Shown: positions 8,579-18,367, numbered from the stretch's first letter. The stretch: 64,000 bases of DNA from an uncultured Planctomycetota bacterium (GCA_964385685.1 CAYLQD010000001.1:13432-77431), one strand, 5' to 3'. Program-made: numbers and translations. The notes: generated from the sequence alone by a model not told the origin.

Positions 8579-9643
8579 CTATCGCTTCAGGGCGGTGGCG
8601 AGGGCCTTCTCGTAGGCGGGCGGGATCCGGTGGCCGAGCTTCTTCGCCGTGACCATGTCCGTCCAGGCCTTCCGGAACTGTTTCTTACGGAAGTATCCCA
8701 TCGAGCGGTAGAAGTGCAGGGCGGGGTTGTCGGGCAGCAGCGCGATGGCCTTCGTGAAATCGCTGATCGCGCGGCCGTTCTTCTCCTGCTGGAGATAGAT
8801 GAGGCCGCGCGTGTAGTAGACCTCCGCCCTGTTGGAGCTCTTGTCGATGGCTTTGTCGCAGTCGGCGAGCGCTTTGTCGTGCTGGCCTTTGGCGGCGTAG
8901 GCCTGGGCGCGCCGCCCGTAGGCGTCGCCGAATTTTGGATCGAAGCCAATTGCGCGGCTGGTCCAGCGCAGTTTGTCGTCCGGGTCGTCGGCGGCGCTCG
9001 CCCGGGCGTAGGCCTCGTAGGCCTTGACGCTGTCGGTCGCCGGCTTGCGAAGGTTCGCGAGTTGCTCGGCGGTGAGGGCGATCCGGTCGCCGGCCGCCGC
9101 GTCCCGGACCGCGGGCCGGTTGTCCACGATGACGACCGTCTTGTCGAACGACTTGATGACCGCGTCGGCAAGGTCGAAGAGCGTGTCGAAGAGCTTCGAC
9201 TTCGTCCCGGTGACGCTCGTGGCGCTGAGGATCGCTCCGCTCGCGACGTCGACGACGCGCACGTTGAACATCAGGGTATCGCCGTCGGTGACGTAGGTGC
9301 CGAGCACGACGCGTTCAGCGCCGAGCAGCTTGCCGGCCTTCGCGGCGCCGGCGGGCTCGACGAGGTCCGACTCCTGGAAGCCCCTTTCCCGCGCGATCTG
9401 CGCGACCTGCGAGCGCTCGATCGCGATCAGCCCGGGCACGGCGGCGAGCTTCGTCGTGAGCGTCTCGACGGCGCCCGCGCCGATCCAGTCGGTATCGGCA
9501 TCCGGCCGCAGATTCTTGAACGCAAGCACGGCGATCCGCTTGCTGCGCGGGGCCTCGCGGGCGTCGGCCGCAGGCGCGGCCGCGAACAGGCCCGTTATCA
9601 GTAACCCGATCAAGAGAGTCCGTCGGCTCATCATCCACCCCAT
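8579..9643 (-). CDS. secreted TPR-repeat protein with N-terminal TolB-N/LpoB-like periplasmic domain
   Basis: Signal peptide MMSRRTLLIGLLITGLFAAAPAADA. IAVLAFKNL...DWIGAGAVETLTTKLA domain. C-terminal TPR-like repeats (AYGRRAQAYAAKGQHDKALADCDKAI...). Start at ATG 9643 (internal to ORF 8579..9685). Confidence 0.55.
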   Translation of the reverse strand: MGWMMSRRTLLIGLLITGLFAAAPAADAREAPRSKRIAVLAFKNLRPDADTDWIGAGAVETLTTKLAAVPGLIAIERSQVAQIARERGFQESDLVEPAGAAKAGKLLGAERVVLGTYVTDGDTLMFNVRVVDVASGAILSATSVTGTKSKLFDTLFDLADAVIKSFDKTVVIVDNRPAVRDAAAGDRIALTAEQLANLRKPATDSVKAYEAYARASAADDPDDKLRWTSRAIGFDPKFGDAYGRRAQAYAAKGQHDKALADCDKAIDKSSNRAEVYYTRGLIYLQQEKNGRAISDFTKAIALLPDNPALHFYRSMGYFRKKQFRKAWTDMVTAKKLGHRIPPAYEKALATALKR

Positions 9644-9753
9644 TTCGGAGACCCCTCGCCGATCCGGCCGATCCCGCACTGGCATGATACCCCCGCCCGT
9701 GTGCTTTTCAAGCGAGAAAGATGCGGCGGGTGCTGGCCTAGGATGGACGGCGG

Positions 9754-10209
9754 TCAGTTCGTGCCGGTGTGGCCGAACCCGCCGTGGCCGCGCTCGGAGT
9801 CAGGCAATTCGTCGACCCGCCGAAGGTCGGCCTGGAGCACCGGCTGGATGACCATCTGCGCGATGCGGTCGCCGCGATTGATCTCGAACGGCTCCTCGCC
9901 CAGGTTGCAGAGGATGACCTTGACCTCGCCGCGGTAGTCGGCGTCGATTGTGCCCGGCGCGTTGACGATCGTGATCCCGTGCTTGACGGCGAGGCCGCTG
10001 CGGGGCCGGACCTGCGCTTCGTAGCCCGGCGGCAGGGCCATGTGGAACCCGGCGGGCACGAGGAACCGCTCGCCCGGCTTCAGCGTCACGGGCTCGGCGA
10101 CGGCGGCGCAGAGATCCATTCCGCTGGCGTGCTCGCTCATATAGCGCGGGAGCGGCAGATCCTGGCAGTCCTCGCGGAGCTGGATGAGCAGTTCGATCTT
10201 GTCCATCAC
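9754..10209 (-). CDS. dut: dUTP diphosphatase
   Basis: 151 aa with the full dUTPase motif set ([38 protein letters not shown]). Confidence 0.9.
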   Translation of the reverse strand: MMDKIELLIQLREDCQDLPLPRYMSEHASGMDLCAAVAEPVTLKPGERFLVPAGFHMALPPGYEAQVRPRSGLAVKHGITIVNAPGTIDADYRGEVKVILCNLGEEPFEINRGDRIAQMVIQPVLQADLRRVDELPDSERGHGGFGHTGTN

Positions 10210-10835
10210 GCCTCCCTTGGTATGAGCGATTCGACGGCTTGCACGATGCGGCTCGCGATTTCGAGCTTCGGGGCGTCGGCGATGATTTCGGTCTCGCCCG
10301 ACGCGAAGAGAAGCTCGACGGTCGTCCGCCGGGCGCCCATCGCCGCCGGGCCATTGACGACGATCAGATCGAGATTCTTCTCGCTCAGCTTGCGGAGCGC
10401 GTTCTCCCGCGCGTTCTCGGCCTCCAGCGCAAATCCCACGAGGACCCGCCCGCCCTTATCGCGGCCAAGTTCCGCGAGGATGTCGGTCGTACACATAAGC
10501 CGCAGAGCCAATTCGCCGTCGGCCTTCTTGATCTTGCCGGGCGAGCGCTCGGCCGGGGCATAGTCGGCGACGGCCGCGGCCATGACGACGGCGTCGGCCC
10601 GCGGGACGTGCTCCCGCACTGCCCGCAGCATCTCGTCGGCCGACGTGACGGGGATGAGGGTGTCGCACTCGGGCGGCTCGCACGTGATGGGCCCGCAGAT
10701 GAACGTGACGCAGTGGCCGGCGTCGGCCGCGGCGTGCGCGAGCGCGCAGCCCATCAGCCCGGTCGATGCGTTGCTGATGTACCGGACGTCGTCGATGAAT
10801 TCGCGCGTCGGCCCGGCGGTGATGAGGAGGTTCAT
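10206..10835 (-). CDS. coaB: phosphopantothenate--cysteine ligase (CoaB)
   Basis: [29 protein letters not shown] is the CoaB signature. ATG 10835 overlaps the coaC stop (ATGA). Confidence 0.8.
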   Translation of the reverse strand: MNLLITAGPTREFIDDVRYISNASTGLMGCALAHAAADAGHCVTFICGPITCEPPECDTLIPVTSADEMLRAVREHVPRADAVVMAAAVADYAPAERSPGKIKKADGELALRLMCTTDILAELGRDKGGRVLVGFALEAENARENALRKLSEKNLDLIVVNGPAAMGARRTTVELLFASGETEIIADAPKLEIASRIVQAVESLIPREA

Positions 10836-11377
10836 GGAAGCGCCGCCCCGACGGCTTCGAGGATCTCGCCGGGCTCGACCATCCGGCCCACGCCCTTCGT
10901 GCCGCAGGCGAGCCACCCCTCGCCCGGCCCGATTATCTTGTAGCCGAGTTCGGTGAGCGTTTGGACGTTCCGCTGGACGACGGGGTTCGCCCACATCCCC
11001 ACGTTCATCGCCGGCGCGACAAGAACGGGCACGGCCGGGAACGCCGCCGCGATGGTCGCCGTGACGACGTCGGCGGCGATGCCCGCGGCGACCTTGCCGA
11101 GGAAGTTCGCCGTCGCGGGCGCGACGACGATCAGCTCGGCGCGTTCCGACAGGGAGATGTGGTCGAGCGGACGGGTGCCGGGCGGCGGCCAGAGGGTCGT
11201 CGCGACCGGGTTGCCCGAGACCGCTTCAAACGTGATCGGGGAGACGAGGCGCTGCGCCGCGTCCGTCATGGCGACGGTGACGTTCGCCCCGGCCTGCCGG
11301 AGCTTCGATGCGAGGTCCGCCGCCTTGTACGCGGCGATCCCGCCCGTGACACAGAGCACGATCTCCCGCCCGTCCAT
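10832..11377 (-). CDS. coaC: phosphopantothenoylcysteine decarboxylase flavoprotein (CoaC)
   Basis: IVLCVTGGIAAYKAADLASKL...PAMNVGMW flavoprotein motifs. Separate ORF in a different frame from coaB. Confidence 0.8.
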   Translation of the reverse strand: MDGREIVLCVTGGIAAYKAADLASKLRQAGANVTVAMTDAAQRLVSPITFEAVSGNPVATTLWPPPGTRPLDHISLSERAELIVVAPATANFLGKVAAGIAADVVTATIAAAFPAVPVLVAPAMNVGMWANPVVQRNVQTLTELGYKIIGPGEGWLACGTKGVGRMVEPGEILEAVGAALP

Positions 11378-11389
11378 CGTGGCCCCTTC

Positions 11390-11650
11390 CTACTCGTCTG
11401 CCTCGCCGGGAGCATCGGCCGGCTCGGCGTCGGCCGTCGGTGTGATTTCCTCGCCCTCCGGCGAAAAGAGTTGCAGCCTGCCGCCCGCGACCTGATCGAC
11501 GACCAGCCGCACGGGGCGGCCGCCGCTGTTCTTCGTGATCACCTCGTCACGAGCAATCATCAACTGGACCAGCCGTTTCTGTACCAGCGAGGTCAAGCGA
11601 AACCGACCGCCCAGCTGCCCCGACAGTTTGTGCAACGCTGCCTCGTTCAT
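11390..11650 (-). CDS. rpoZ: DNA-directed RNA polymerase subunit omega
   Basis: 86 aa, RFRLTSLVQKRLVQL omega signature. Conserved rpoZ-gmk neighbourhood. Confidence 0.8.
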   Translation of the reverse strand: MNEAALHKLSGQLGGRFRLTSLVQKRLVQLMIARDEVITKNSGGRPVRLVVDQVAGGRLQLFSPEGEEITPTADAEPADAPGEADE

Positions 11651-11670
11651 ATGAGTCCTCCGTCCGCGGC

Positions 11671-12270
11671 TTAGGATGTCGCGGCCGCCGGTTTGCCGGC
11701 GGCGATCAGTTTCCGTATCTCCTCGACGGTCGCGTCGAGGTCGTCGTTGATGACCGTGTAATCGAAGCCCGCCTCCTGCGCCTCCTCGCGCTCGCGGTCG
11801 GCCGTTTCGGTGCGGCGGCGGCGCTCTTCGGCCGACTCCGTGCTTCTGCGCTCGAGCCGCTCGACGGCGACGTCGCGGCCGGGCGCGTCCAGGAAAATGT
11901 ACGTCCCCTCCGGATAGACCCTCCGGAGCTGAGCCACGCCCTGGATGTCGATCTCGAGCAGCACGGCGCGACCGGCGGCCAGCTCCCGTTCGAGCAGGTC
12001 GCGGGGCGTGCCGTACAGGTTGCCGTTGTACTCCGCGTGCTCGGCGAAGAGGCCCCGCTCCGCACGCTCCAGAAACTCATCCCGGCCGAGGAAATGATAG
12101 CTTTCGCCTTCCTTCTCGCCGGGCCGCGGCGGCCGCGTGGTCGCCGACACGCTGAGCACGATGCCCGGGTCTTCGAGCAGTCGCCTGCAAACCGTCGTCT
12201 TGCCGGACCCCGAGGGCCCGGAGATGATGATCAGCTTGCCCGGTCGCGCCTGTCCGCCGCCGTCGGTCAT
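11671..12270 (-). CDS. gmk: guanylate kinase
   Basis: GKLIIISGPSGSGKTT P-loop plus GMP-binding motifs. True start ATG 12270 inside the long ORF 11671..12765. Overlaps the yicC stop (ATGA). Confidence 0.9.
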   Translation of the reverse strand: MTDGGGQARPGKLIIISGPSGSGKTTVCRRLLEDPGIVLSVSATTRPPRPGEKEGESYHFLGRDEFLERAERGLFAEHAEYNGNLYGTPRDLLERELAAGRAVLLEIDIQGVAQLRRVYPEGTYIFLDAPGRDVAVERLERRSTESAEERRRRTETADREREEAQEAGFDYTVINDDLDATVEEIRKLIAAGKPAAATS

Positions 12271-13136
12271 TCGAGGTTGAGCACCTGCTCGCGTATCTTG
12301 TCGACCTCGCCGCGGAGGTCGATGATCAGTTCGGTCGTGACCGGATCGCTGGCCTTGGAGGCCATTGTGTTCGCCTCGCGGTGCATCTCTTGCGCGATGA
12401 ACTCGAGCTTGCGGCCGCAGGGCTCGGCCTTGAGGGCCTCGTTGAAGTGCACGATGTGCGCCCGCATACGGCAGATCTCCTCCGACACGTCGGACCGCTC
12501 GCTGTAGAGGATGACCTCCCGCGCGAGGAAGCCCGGGTCGACGAGTTCGGCGCCCGAGTCTTCGAGCAGCGTGTCGATGCGTTTCGTGAGCCGCTCGCGG
12601 AAGTCGGCGGCCCCTTTCGGCGCCCGCGTCTCGACCTGCCCGAGCAGCTTCTTGCAGGCGGCGCACGCCTTGCGCAGCGCCGTGGCGAGCGCCCGCCCCT
12701 CCGACGCGCGCATCCGGACGGCGCGCTGAAGGGCTTCCTCGACGGCGGGCCGCAGTTTCCGCCACACCCGGTCGGCCGCCCGCGTCGACAGCCCGCCGGT
12801 CGTCATCGCGCCGGGAAGCTGGGCGATCCGGTCGAGCGAAATCTCGGCCGACAGCCCGAGCTGCTTCCGCAGCTTCTCCAGCTCGCGCGCGTAGCCCGCG
12901 ATCAGGCGGTCGTTGAACGCGAGCGTGCCCGCGCCGGCCCAGTCGAGCCGGACGTTCACGTCGACGGTCCCGCGGCGCATATGCTTACCGACGAGCGTCG
13001 CGATGCGCTCCTCGACGGCCGGCAGGCCCAGGTCGAGCCGGACCTTGGTCTTCAGGTGCTTGCCGTTGATCGAGCGCACGATGACATCGGCCGACATCTT
13101 TTCGTCGGCGAAGCTCGCCTGCCCGAATCCGGTCAT
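12267..13136 (-). CDS. yicC: YicC-family stress-induced protein
   Basis: 289-aa C-terminal part of the 725-aa Arg-rich ORF 12267..14444. Start at MTGFGQ (ATG 13136). YicC_N-like N-terminus and DUF1732-like C-terminus. Confidence 0.75.
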   Translation of the reverse strand: MTGFGQASFADEKMSADVIVRSINGKHLKTKVRLDLGLPAVEERIATLVGKHMRRGTVDVNVRLDWAGAGTLAFNDRLIAGYARELEKLRKQLGLSAEISLDRIAQLPGAMTTGGLSTRAADRVWRKLRPAVEEALQRAVRMRASEGRALATALRKACAACKKLLGQVETRAPKGAADFRERLTKRIDTLLEDSGAELVDPGFLAREVILYSERSDVSEEICRMRAHIVHFNEALKAEPCGRKLEFIAQEMHREANTMASKASDPVTTELIIDLRGEVDKIREQVLNLE

Positions 13137-13150
13137 GCTGTTCGGCACGG

Positions 13151-13534
13151 TTACTCCGATCCGCCCGTCCCGGCGGCGGGAGATGTCGTGGCCTTGGGCG
13201 CGGGAGACGTCGCGCCCGCCGGCGGCGGGGTCGTGCCGCCCACGGCCGAGAGTTCGTCTCGCCCGCGTTTCTTCGGCTCGGGCAGGTCGCCGCTCTTCGC
13301 CCGCGGGATGAAGGCGAGGGCGATCGCAAGCACGAAGAAGATCACGCCCAGAAGCCCGGTAAGTTTCTCGATCTGGCTGGCGGCGCGGACGCCGAACGCC
13401 GAGTCGGGGCTGCCGATCCCGCCGAGCGCGCCGGCGAGCCCGCCGCCGCGGCCCGACTGAATCAGGACCGCCAACACAAGCAGGAGGCAGTCGAGGACAA
13501 AGATAACGAGCAGAACTGTTCTGAGAGTGTCCAC
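13151..13534 (-). CDS. secG: preprotein translocase subunit SecG
   Basis: Two TM helices with Gly-rich loop (GRGGGLAGALGG). Conserved position next to tpiA. Confidence 0.75.
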   Translation of the reverse strand: MDTLRTVLLVIFVLDCLLLVLAVLIQSGRGGGLAGALGGIGSPDSAFGVRAASQIEKLTGLLGVIFFVLAIALAFIPRAKSGDLPEPKKRGRDELSAVGGTTPPPAGATSPAPKATTSPAAGTGGSE

Positions 13535-14293
13535 CTATGCCTCCTTGGGATTGACAATCGCGAGGAAGGATTCTGCGTCCAGGCTTGCGCCGCCGACGAG
13601 CGCTCCGTCGATGTCCGGCTGTGCGAGCAGTTCCGCGGCGTTGGCCGGCTTCACGCTCCCGCCGTACTGGATGCGCACGGCCTCGGCGACGTCCTCCGCC
13701 ACGTTCTCGGCCAGGACTGTCCGGATGAACCGGTGCACCTCCTGCGCCTGGTCGGGCGTCGCGGTGACGCCGGTGCCGATCGCCCAGACAGGTTCGTATG
13801 CGACGACGATGTCGCGGATCTGTTCGGGCGTCAGGCCGTCGAGCCCGGCCGTCACTTGCGTGCCGACGATGTCTTCCGTTGCGCCGGCCTCGCGCTCTTC
13901 GAGCGTTTCGCCGACACACAGAATCGGCTGGAGGCCGTACTCGAGCGCGGCCTTGAGTTTCGTGTTCACGCCTTCGTTCGTCTCGCCGAAGACGTGGCGC
14001 CGCTCGGAGTGGCCGATGATGACGTGTGTCGCTCCGATGTCGAGGATCATCGGGCCGGAGATCTCGCCGGTGAAAGCGCCCTTGGGCGCCGGATGGTAGT
14101 TCTGCGCGCCGACAATCACGGGGCTGTCCGCGAGCGCCTCGGCGACAGCCGGCAGGTACACGAACGGCGGGAACACGCCGACGTCGACGGGGCAGTCGTC
14201 CGAGACAGCAGCTTTCAACGCGGCGGCCAGTTCGAGCGCGCCCGCGAGATCCTTGTTCATCTTCCAGTTGCCTGCGACAAAGATGCGCCTCAT
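13535..14293 (-). CDS. tpiA: triose-phosphate isomerase
   Basis: FVAGNWKMN, HSERR and catalytic Glu-containing motifs. 252 aa. Confidence 0.9.
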   Translation of the reverse strand: MRRIFVAGNWKMNKDLAGALELAAALKAAVSDDCPVDVGVFPPFVYLPAVAEALADSPVIVGAQNYHPAPKGAFTGEISGPMILDIGATHVIIGHSERRHVFGETNEGVNTKLKAALEYGLQPILCVGETLEEREAGATEDIVGTQVTAGLDGLTPEQIRDIVVAYEPVWAIGTGVTATPDQAQEVHRFIRTVLAENVAEDVAEAVRIQYGGSVKPANAAELLAQPDIDGALVGGASLDAESFLAIVNPKEA

Positions 14294-14314
14294 GCTGCCC
14301 TCTCCACGAAAAGA

Positions 14315-15376
14315 TCAGTCGGCCCTGGGAAACGACCCGAGCACCTTGAAGAAACTGCAATACGTCTCCGCTGCCTCGAGCGCGGCCGCCAGGTTCGCGT
14401 CGCCCTGGTGCCCGGCCAAGTCGATAAAGAAGAAGTACTCCCACGGCTGGTCTCGCGACGGCCGCGGGTAGAGATAGGTCATGTTGATCTTGTGGCGGCG
14501 AAACACGTTGAGCAGGCCGACGAGCGAGCCGGCCCGGTGCTTGACCGAACAGAGAATCGAGGTCTTGTCACTGCCGGTCGGCTTCTGTCGGTCGAAGCCG
14601 ATCACGAGGAAGCGGGTCACGTTGCGTTCGTAGTCCTCGATGTGCGCCCGCAGGACCTTGAGTTTGTAGAGCCGCGCGACGGTTTCGTGCGCGACGATCG
14701 CGGTGCCCTTGTCCTTCGTCGCCAGTTGGGCCGCCGCGGCCGTGCTGACGGTCTCGACAAGATCGGCGTCGGGCAGGTGCTCGGCCAGCCACGAGCGGCA
14801 CTGGGCGAGCGCGATGGGCTTCGAGGCGACCCGCTCGACGGCGGACAGCTTGCTCCGCCCGAGCAGCGTCAGGTGAATGGGCAGGATCTCCTCCGAGACG
14901 ATCTGGAGCTCGCTGGCCAGGAACGTGTCGAGCGTCTCGCGCACGGCGCCCTCGGCCGAGTTCTCGATCGGCACGACGCCGCAGTAGGCGCGGCCGGCTT
15001 CGACGGCGGCAAAAACCGAGCGGATGTCGCGCGACGGGATGTACGCGGCCTCGTTGCCGAAGATGTCATATGCGGCGACGTGGGTGAACGTGCCCTCGGG
15101 GCCGAGGTATGCGACGCTGATAGTGCCCTCGATCGCCCGGCAGCACGAGATGATTTCGCGGAAGATGCCGCGCAGGGCCGCGTCGGTCAGCGGGCCCTCG
15201 TTGAGCTTGCGCAGCCGCGAGTAGATCTGTTTTTCGCGAGCGGGGACGAAAATGCCCTTGGCGCCGGCCAGCTTCGCTCGGCCGATCTTCTTGACGATAT
15301 CGGCCCGTTTGGAGACCAGGCGCGCGATCTCCTCGTCAACCTTGTCGATCCGGCGCCGCCATTCACCTATGGCCAT
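14315..15376 (-). CDS. pheA: bifunctional chorismate mutase / prephenate dehydratase
   Basis: N-terminal AroQ chorismate mutase helix (IDKVDEEIARLVSKR), PDT domain (VAYLGPEGTFTH...), C-terminal ACT domain. Start ATG 15376. Confidence 0.85.
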   Translation of the reverse strand: MAIGEWRRRIDKVDEEIARLVSKRADIVKKIGRAKLAGAKGIFVPAREKQIYSRLRKLNEGPLTDAALRGIFREIISCCRAIEGTISVAYLGPEGTFTHVAAYDIFGNEAAYIPSRDIRSVFAAVEAGRAYCGVVPIENSAEGAVRETLDTFLASELQIVSEEILPIHLTLLGRSKLSAVERVASKPIALAQCRSWLAEHLPDADLVETVSTAAAAQLATKDKGTAIVAHETVARLYKLKVLRAHIEDYERNVTRFLVIGFDRQKPTGSDKTSILCSVKHRAGSLVGLLNVFRRHKINMTYLYPRPSRDQPWEYFFFIDLAGHQGDANLAAALEAAETYCSFFKVLGSFPRAD

Positions 15377-15504
15377 GCAGGGCTTCCTTGCCGCGCGGAG
15401 AGGGTAGACAGACTCCGCCCGCAGCCGCAGTCGCGAATTGCGGACTATAACCCAGTTAGGGGCTGGAGTCAATCAAAATCGCCGCTGGGGGCCGATGGGG
15501 GCGG

Positions 15505-16272
15505 CTACTGGTCCGGCTGGTGTTCCTTGATCCAAGCGTCGACGCTCTCGAGAAATTCGCGGCGCTGAGAACCAAGGTTGTCGTCGTCGTGAAATTCCAC
15601 GTGAGAGTCGAAGTAGACAACATTGAAACCGTCGGAGTGGTTGTCCGGCTTGTCCCACGCGAGCGGCACGTCGGACCCGGCGACGGCCTCCGTCAGCGTG
15701 TAGCCCGCCCGGCCGAGGATACATTCGTAGTCCGTCTCGAACTCGCCCGCCGCAGACGCGGGCTCCTGGCCCTTGCCCGGGCAGAGGAAGGCCCTCGGGT
15801 CGACGATGATCCCGTCGTCGTAGAGCGCCTTGAGCGACGGGGGCCACTTTTCATTGTCCCCGAACTTCGTCAACCAGATGTTGGCCGCGGTCCCGATCTG
15901 CCTCAGGTTGCTCGAGCAACGGACCTTCCGCGCTTCGTCGCGGGCGCGCCCGAGCGCCGGCAGCAGCATGCCGGCCATAATGGACATAAACGGCACAGCA
16001 AGGAGGAACACGGCCGAGACGACGATCCCCCCGGTCGCCAGGCCGGCGCCCTTCAGCCGCCCCTCGCTGCCCTTGATCGACACCAGCCCGACGATGCCCA
16101 GTATCAGTCCGACGAGGGCCGTCACGCCGCACGTGAGCAACCCCAGGATCCCCAGCACCAGCGACGCGATGGCGAGGCCCGACGTCTTTCCCTCCGGCTC
16201 TATGTACTCGTCCGGCGGGGCGGGCGGAACATTCGATTCGTACGGAGCGCCTGCCGGCACTTGCTCAGACAT
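15505..16272 (-). CDS. DUF1559 / H-X9-DG protein with N-terminal TM segments
   Basis: C-terminal HSDGFNVVYFDSHVEF matches the H-X9-DG motif of Planctomycetota prepilin-like proteins. N-terminal hydrophobic segments. Confidence 0.55.
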   Translation of the reverse strand: MSEQVPAGAPYESNVPPAPPDEYIEPEGKTSGLAIASLVLGILGLLTCGVTALVGLILGIVGLVSIKGSEGRLKGAGLATGGIVVSAVFLLAVPFMSIMAGMLLPALGRARDEARKVRCSSNLRQIGTAANIWLTKFGDNEKWPPSLKALYDDGIIVDPRAFLCPGKGQEPASAAGEFETDYECILGRAGYTLTEAVAGSDVPLAWDKPDNHSDGFNVVYFDSHVEFHDDDNLGSQRREFLESVDAWIKEHQPDQ

Positions 16273-16332
16273 GTCATCCCCTCCTGCCAGGGTTCATGAA
16301 ACGCGGCCTTTGGCGTGTTATGACGCCCCGAT

Positions 16333-16659
16333 TCAGTCCTTGAAAAGCTTTTCGAACCTCTCACGGGCGGAGAGGCCCCGAGATTCCGTCTGCTGCTGCT
16401 CCTCCGCAGCCGCGGCGTCGGCCTTCGAGGGCTCGGGCTCTTCCTGCTCACGGAAATGGAACTCGTCGCAGTAGTTGCCGCGCTCGACGTCCGGGACGAA
16501 CTCGGTGGTCGGGCTCAGGCAGTGGTTGTGGGCGTCGGGCGAGTAGAGCCGGCAGTTACAGCAACAGTGGAGAAACGCTTCGCAGGTGGGGCACAGCTCT
16601 TTGAAGGGGACGCGGTCGCGCCTCGGCAACTCGGAGCCACAACTAAAACATCGTCGCAT
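16333..16659 (-). CDS. small Cys-rich zinc-ribbon protein
   Basis: 108 aa from ATG 16659 (MRRCFSCGSELP). CxxC...CPTC...CCCNC...HC pattern. Confidence 0.45.
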   Translation of the reverse strand: MRRCFSCGSELPRRDRVPFKELCPTCEAFLHCCCNCRLYSPDAHNHCLSPTTEFVPDVERGNYCDEFHFREQEEPEPSKADAAAAEEQQQTESRGLSARERFEKLFKD

Positions 16660-16743
16660 GGGTGGGCCTCTCACAACAAGGAACGGTCTACTGGGAACAA
16701 CCCCCGAGTGAAGGATAGCAGGGGGGCGGTCAAAAGTCAAGTT

Positions 16744-16772
16744 TTGCACGACGCCCGGCGGCGGGTTATAAT
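16744..16772 (+). promoter_or_regulatory. sigma70-like promoter for the DUF2062 gene
   Basis: TTGCAC (16744-16749), 17-nt spacer, TATAAT (16767-16772), 36 nt upstream of GTG 16808. Confidence 0.4.
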
Positions 16773-16807
16773 GCGGTTTCCCGGGGTCCAACGGCAGAGG
16801 GACGCGC

Positions 16808-17434
16808 GTGGTCAAGTTTGGAGGCTGGCGCCTGTGGCTCTATCGCCGCGTGGTCCGGCTGGGCGACTCGAAGATCTCGATCGCCCGCGGGATGGCGCTG
16901 GGCGTTATCTTCGGGTGCCTGATGCCCCCGGGCCTGCAGCTCGTCACGGTCGTGCCGCTCGCGCTGGTGCTGGGCGGCAACCCGATCGCCGCGGCCGCGG
17001 GAACGCTCGTCTCGAATCCGGTGACCTATATCCCGCTCTACCTCTTCACGTGTCGGGTCGGCTCCCTTCTCGTGGGGTCGTTCGGGCCGCCGGTCGACAT
17101 CAAGGAACAGCTTCTGGCCGGCCTGCAGGCGCTGTCCGCCTTCGATTTTCTCAGCCCCGTTCAGTCGGCTCGGCACGCGCTCGACATGTTTGCCCCGTTC
17201 GTGACATACTGGATCAGCGGCGGGCTGGTCGTCGGGCTGGCCGCATGTGTCCCGACATACTACATCACGTATCTTGTGGCGCTCGAAGTGCAGAAGATCC
17301 GCGAGTTCAGCCGGGCGCGTCGGGAGGGCCGAAAAGAGCGCCTCGCCGCTCGGCTCTCGAACCAACCCCCGCGGCCCGGCCGCGACCCCGACGAAGAAGC
17401 CCCGGACGAGCAGCCCCCGCCCCCGCCGGGCTGA
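16808..17434 (+). CDS. DUF2062-family membrane protein
   Basis: ISIARGMALGVIFGCLMPPGLQ...GNPIAAAAGTLVSNPVTYIPLY is the DUF2062 signature. Pro-rich acidic tail. Confidence 0.55.
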   Translation: MVKFGGWRLWLYRRVVRLGDSKISIARGMALGVIFGCLMPPGLQLVTVVPLALVLGGNPIAAAAGTLVSNPVTYIPLYLFTCRVGSLLVGSFGPPVDIKEQLLAGLQALSAFDFLSPVQSARHALDMFAPFVTYWISGGLVVGLAACVPTYYITYLVALEVQKIREFSRARREGRKERLAARLSNQPPRPGRDPDEEAPDEQPPPPPG

Positions 17435-17456
17435 CGCCCCCGCAGGACGCCGCCGG

Positions 17457-18014
17457 TCACTGCGGCGCGTCCCAGTGGCGTCGTATCCGCTGGCTGTGTG
17501 CTTGATCGACCCAGTCCACGTGGCCGTCCACAAAGAGCACGTTGGCGCCGCCCATGTGGCGCCAGCCGATGCCGTCCGAGCCCGCCGTCTCTATTTGCGG
17601 GCCGGCCTCGGGGCCGTCGGCCAGCAGCCCGATCTCCAGCCGCAGCCGGAACGTGTCGAGGGTGCGGTCCGGGGCGAACAGACTTCGGTTGCCGACATAC
17701 TCGCCGGCCGGACAAGTCGAGCGGAGCCGCCGCTCTTCGGGCCCCAGCCGGCCGCCCTCGAGGAACTCACCGACGCTTTCCCGCCACCCGCGGTCGTCCT
17801 GCAGCGGCAAATATCCGTCGTTGTCGAGTGCGTACCTCTGAAGCGCCGTGTAGAGGCCCCTCAGCCGCTGCCGGCACCGCAGGGCCAGGGCGGCCTCCCG
17901 TGTGCGAACGATAACGAACGACAGGACGCCGACCAGCGCCGCCACGATCAGAACGACGACCAGCAACTCGATTCTCTTTCGGAGGGCGGGACCGGCCCGC
18001 CGGGCGGCGCTCAT
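17457..18014 (-). CDS. prepilin-type N-terminal cleavage/methylation protein with H-X9-DG (DUF1559) domain
   Basis: 185 aa from ATG 18014. N-terminal hydrophobic helix LLVVVLIVAALVGVLSFVI. C-terminal HMGGANVLFVDGHVDWV is the canonical H-X9-DG motif. Confidence 0.65.
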   Translation of the reverse strand: MSAARRAGPALRKRIELLVVVLIVAALVGVLSFVIVRTREAALALRCRQRLRGLYTALQRYALDNDGYLPLQDDRGWRESVGEFLEGGRLGPEERRLRSTCPAGEYVGNRSLFAPDRTLDTFRLRLEIGLLADGPEAGPQIETAGSDGIGWRHMGGANVLFVDGHVDWVDQAHSQRIRRHWDAPQ

Positions 18015-18367
18015 CTGGGCTGCTCCACCGTCGGGACCGGAATTATAGCCCGCCCGGCTCGCAGGTACAAGGCCGGCCACGGCGCGCGCCAACGCCGCGC
18101 GGGGAGTGGGTATTTCGAACGGGGGCCGGGCGGAGGCGAAAAGCGGTGACAGGGCGGCAGCGAAGCCGCCGTCGGAGTTTGCGGAGCAAACTCCCGCCGT
18201 TCCAGCGGAACGGCACGTCTCCGCTTCGCTCCGCTGGTGCCAGTCCCCGTTTGTCGCCAGCACTCAGGCGCCACGGGGCCGGAAAACCGGGACTGCCACC
18301 CGCTGGCTGTACCGGCTTTCCGGCAAGGAGCCCCCGTTCAGAGCGTCCACTCCCGCGCGGTGTCGGC

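Noticed and set aside
12267-14444. 725-aa ORF spanning yicC, secG and tpiA.
   Set aside because: Only the C-terminal 289 aa (YicC) are real. The upstream 436 aa are an Arg-rich read-through of the out-of-frame secG and tpiA coding regions.
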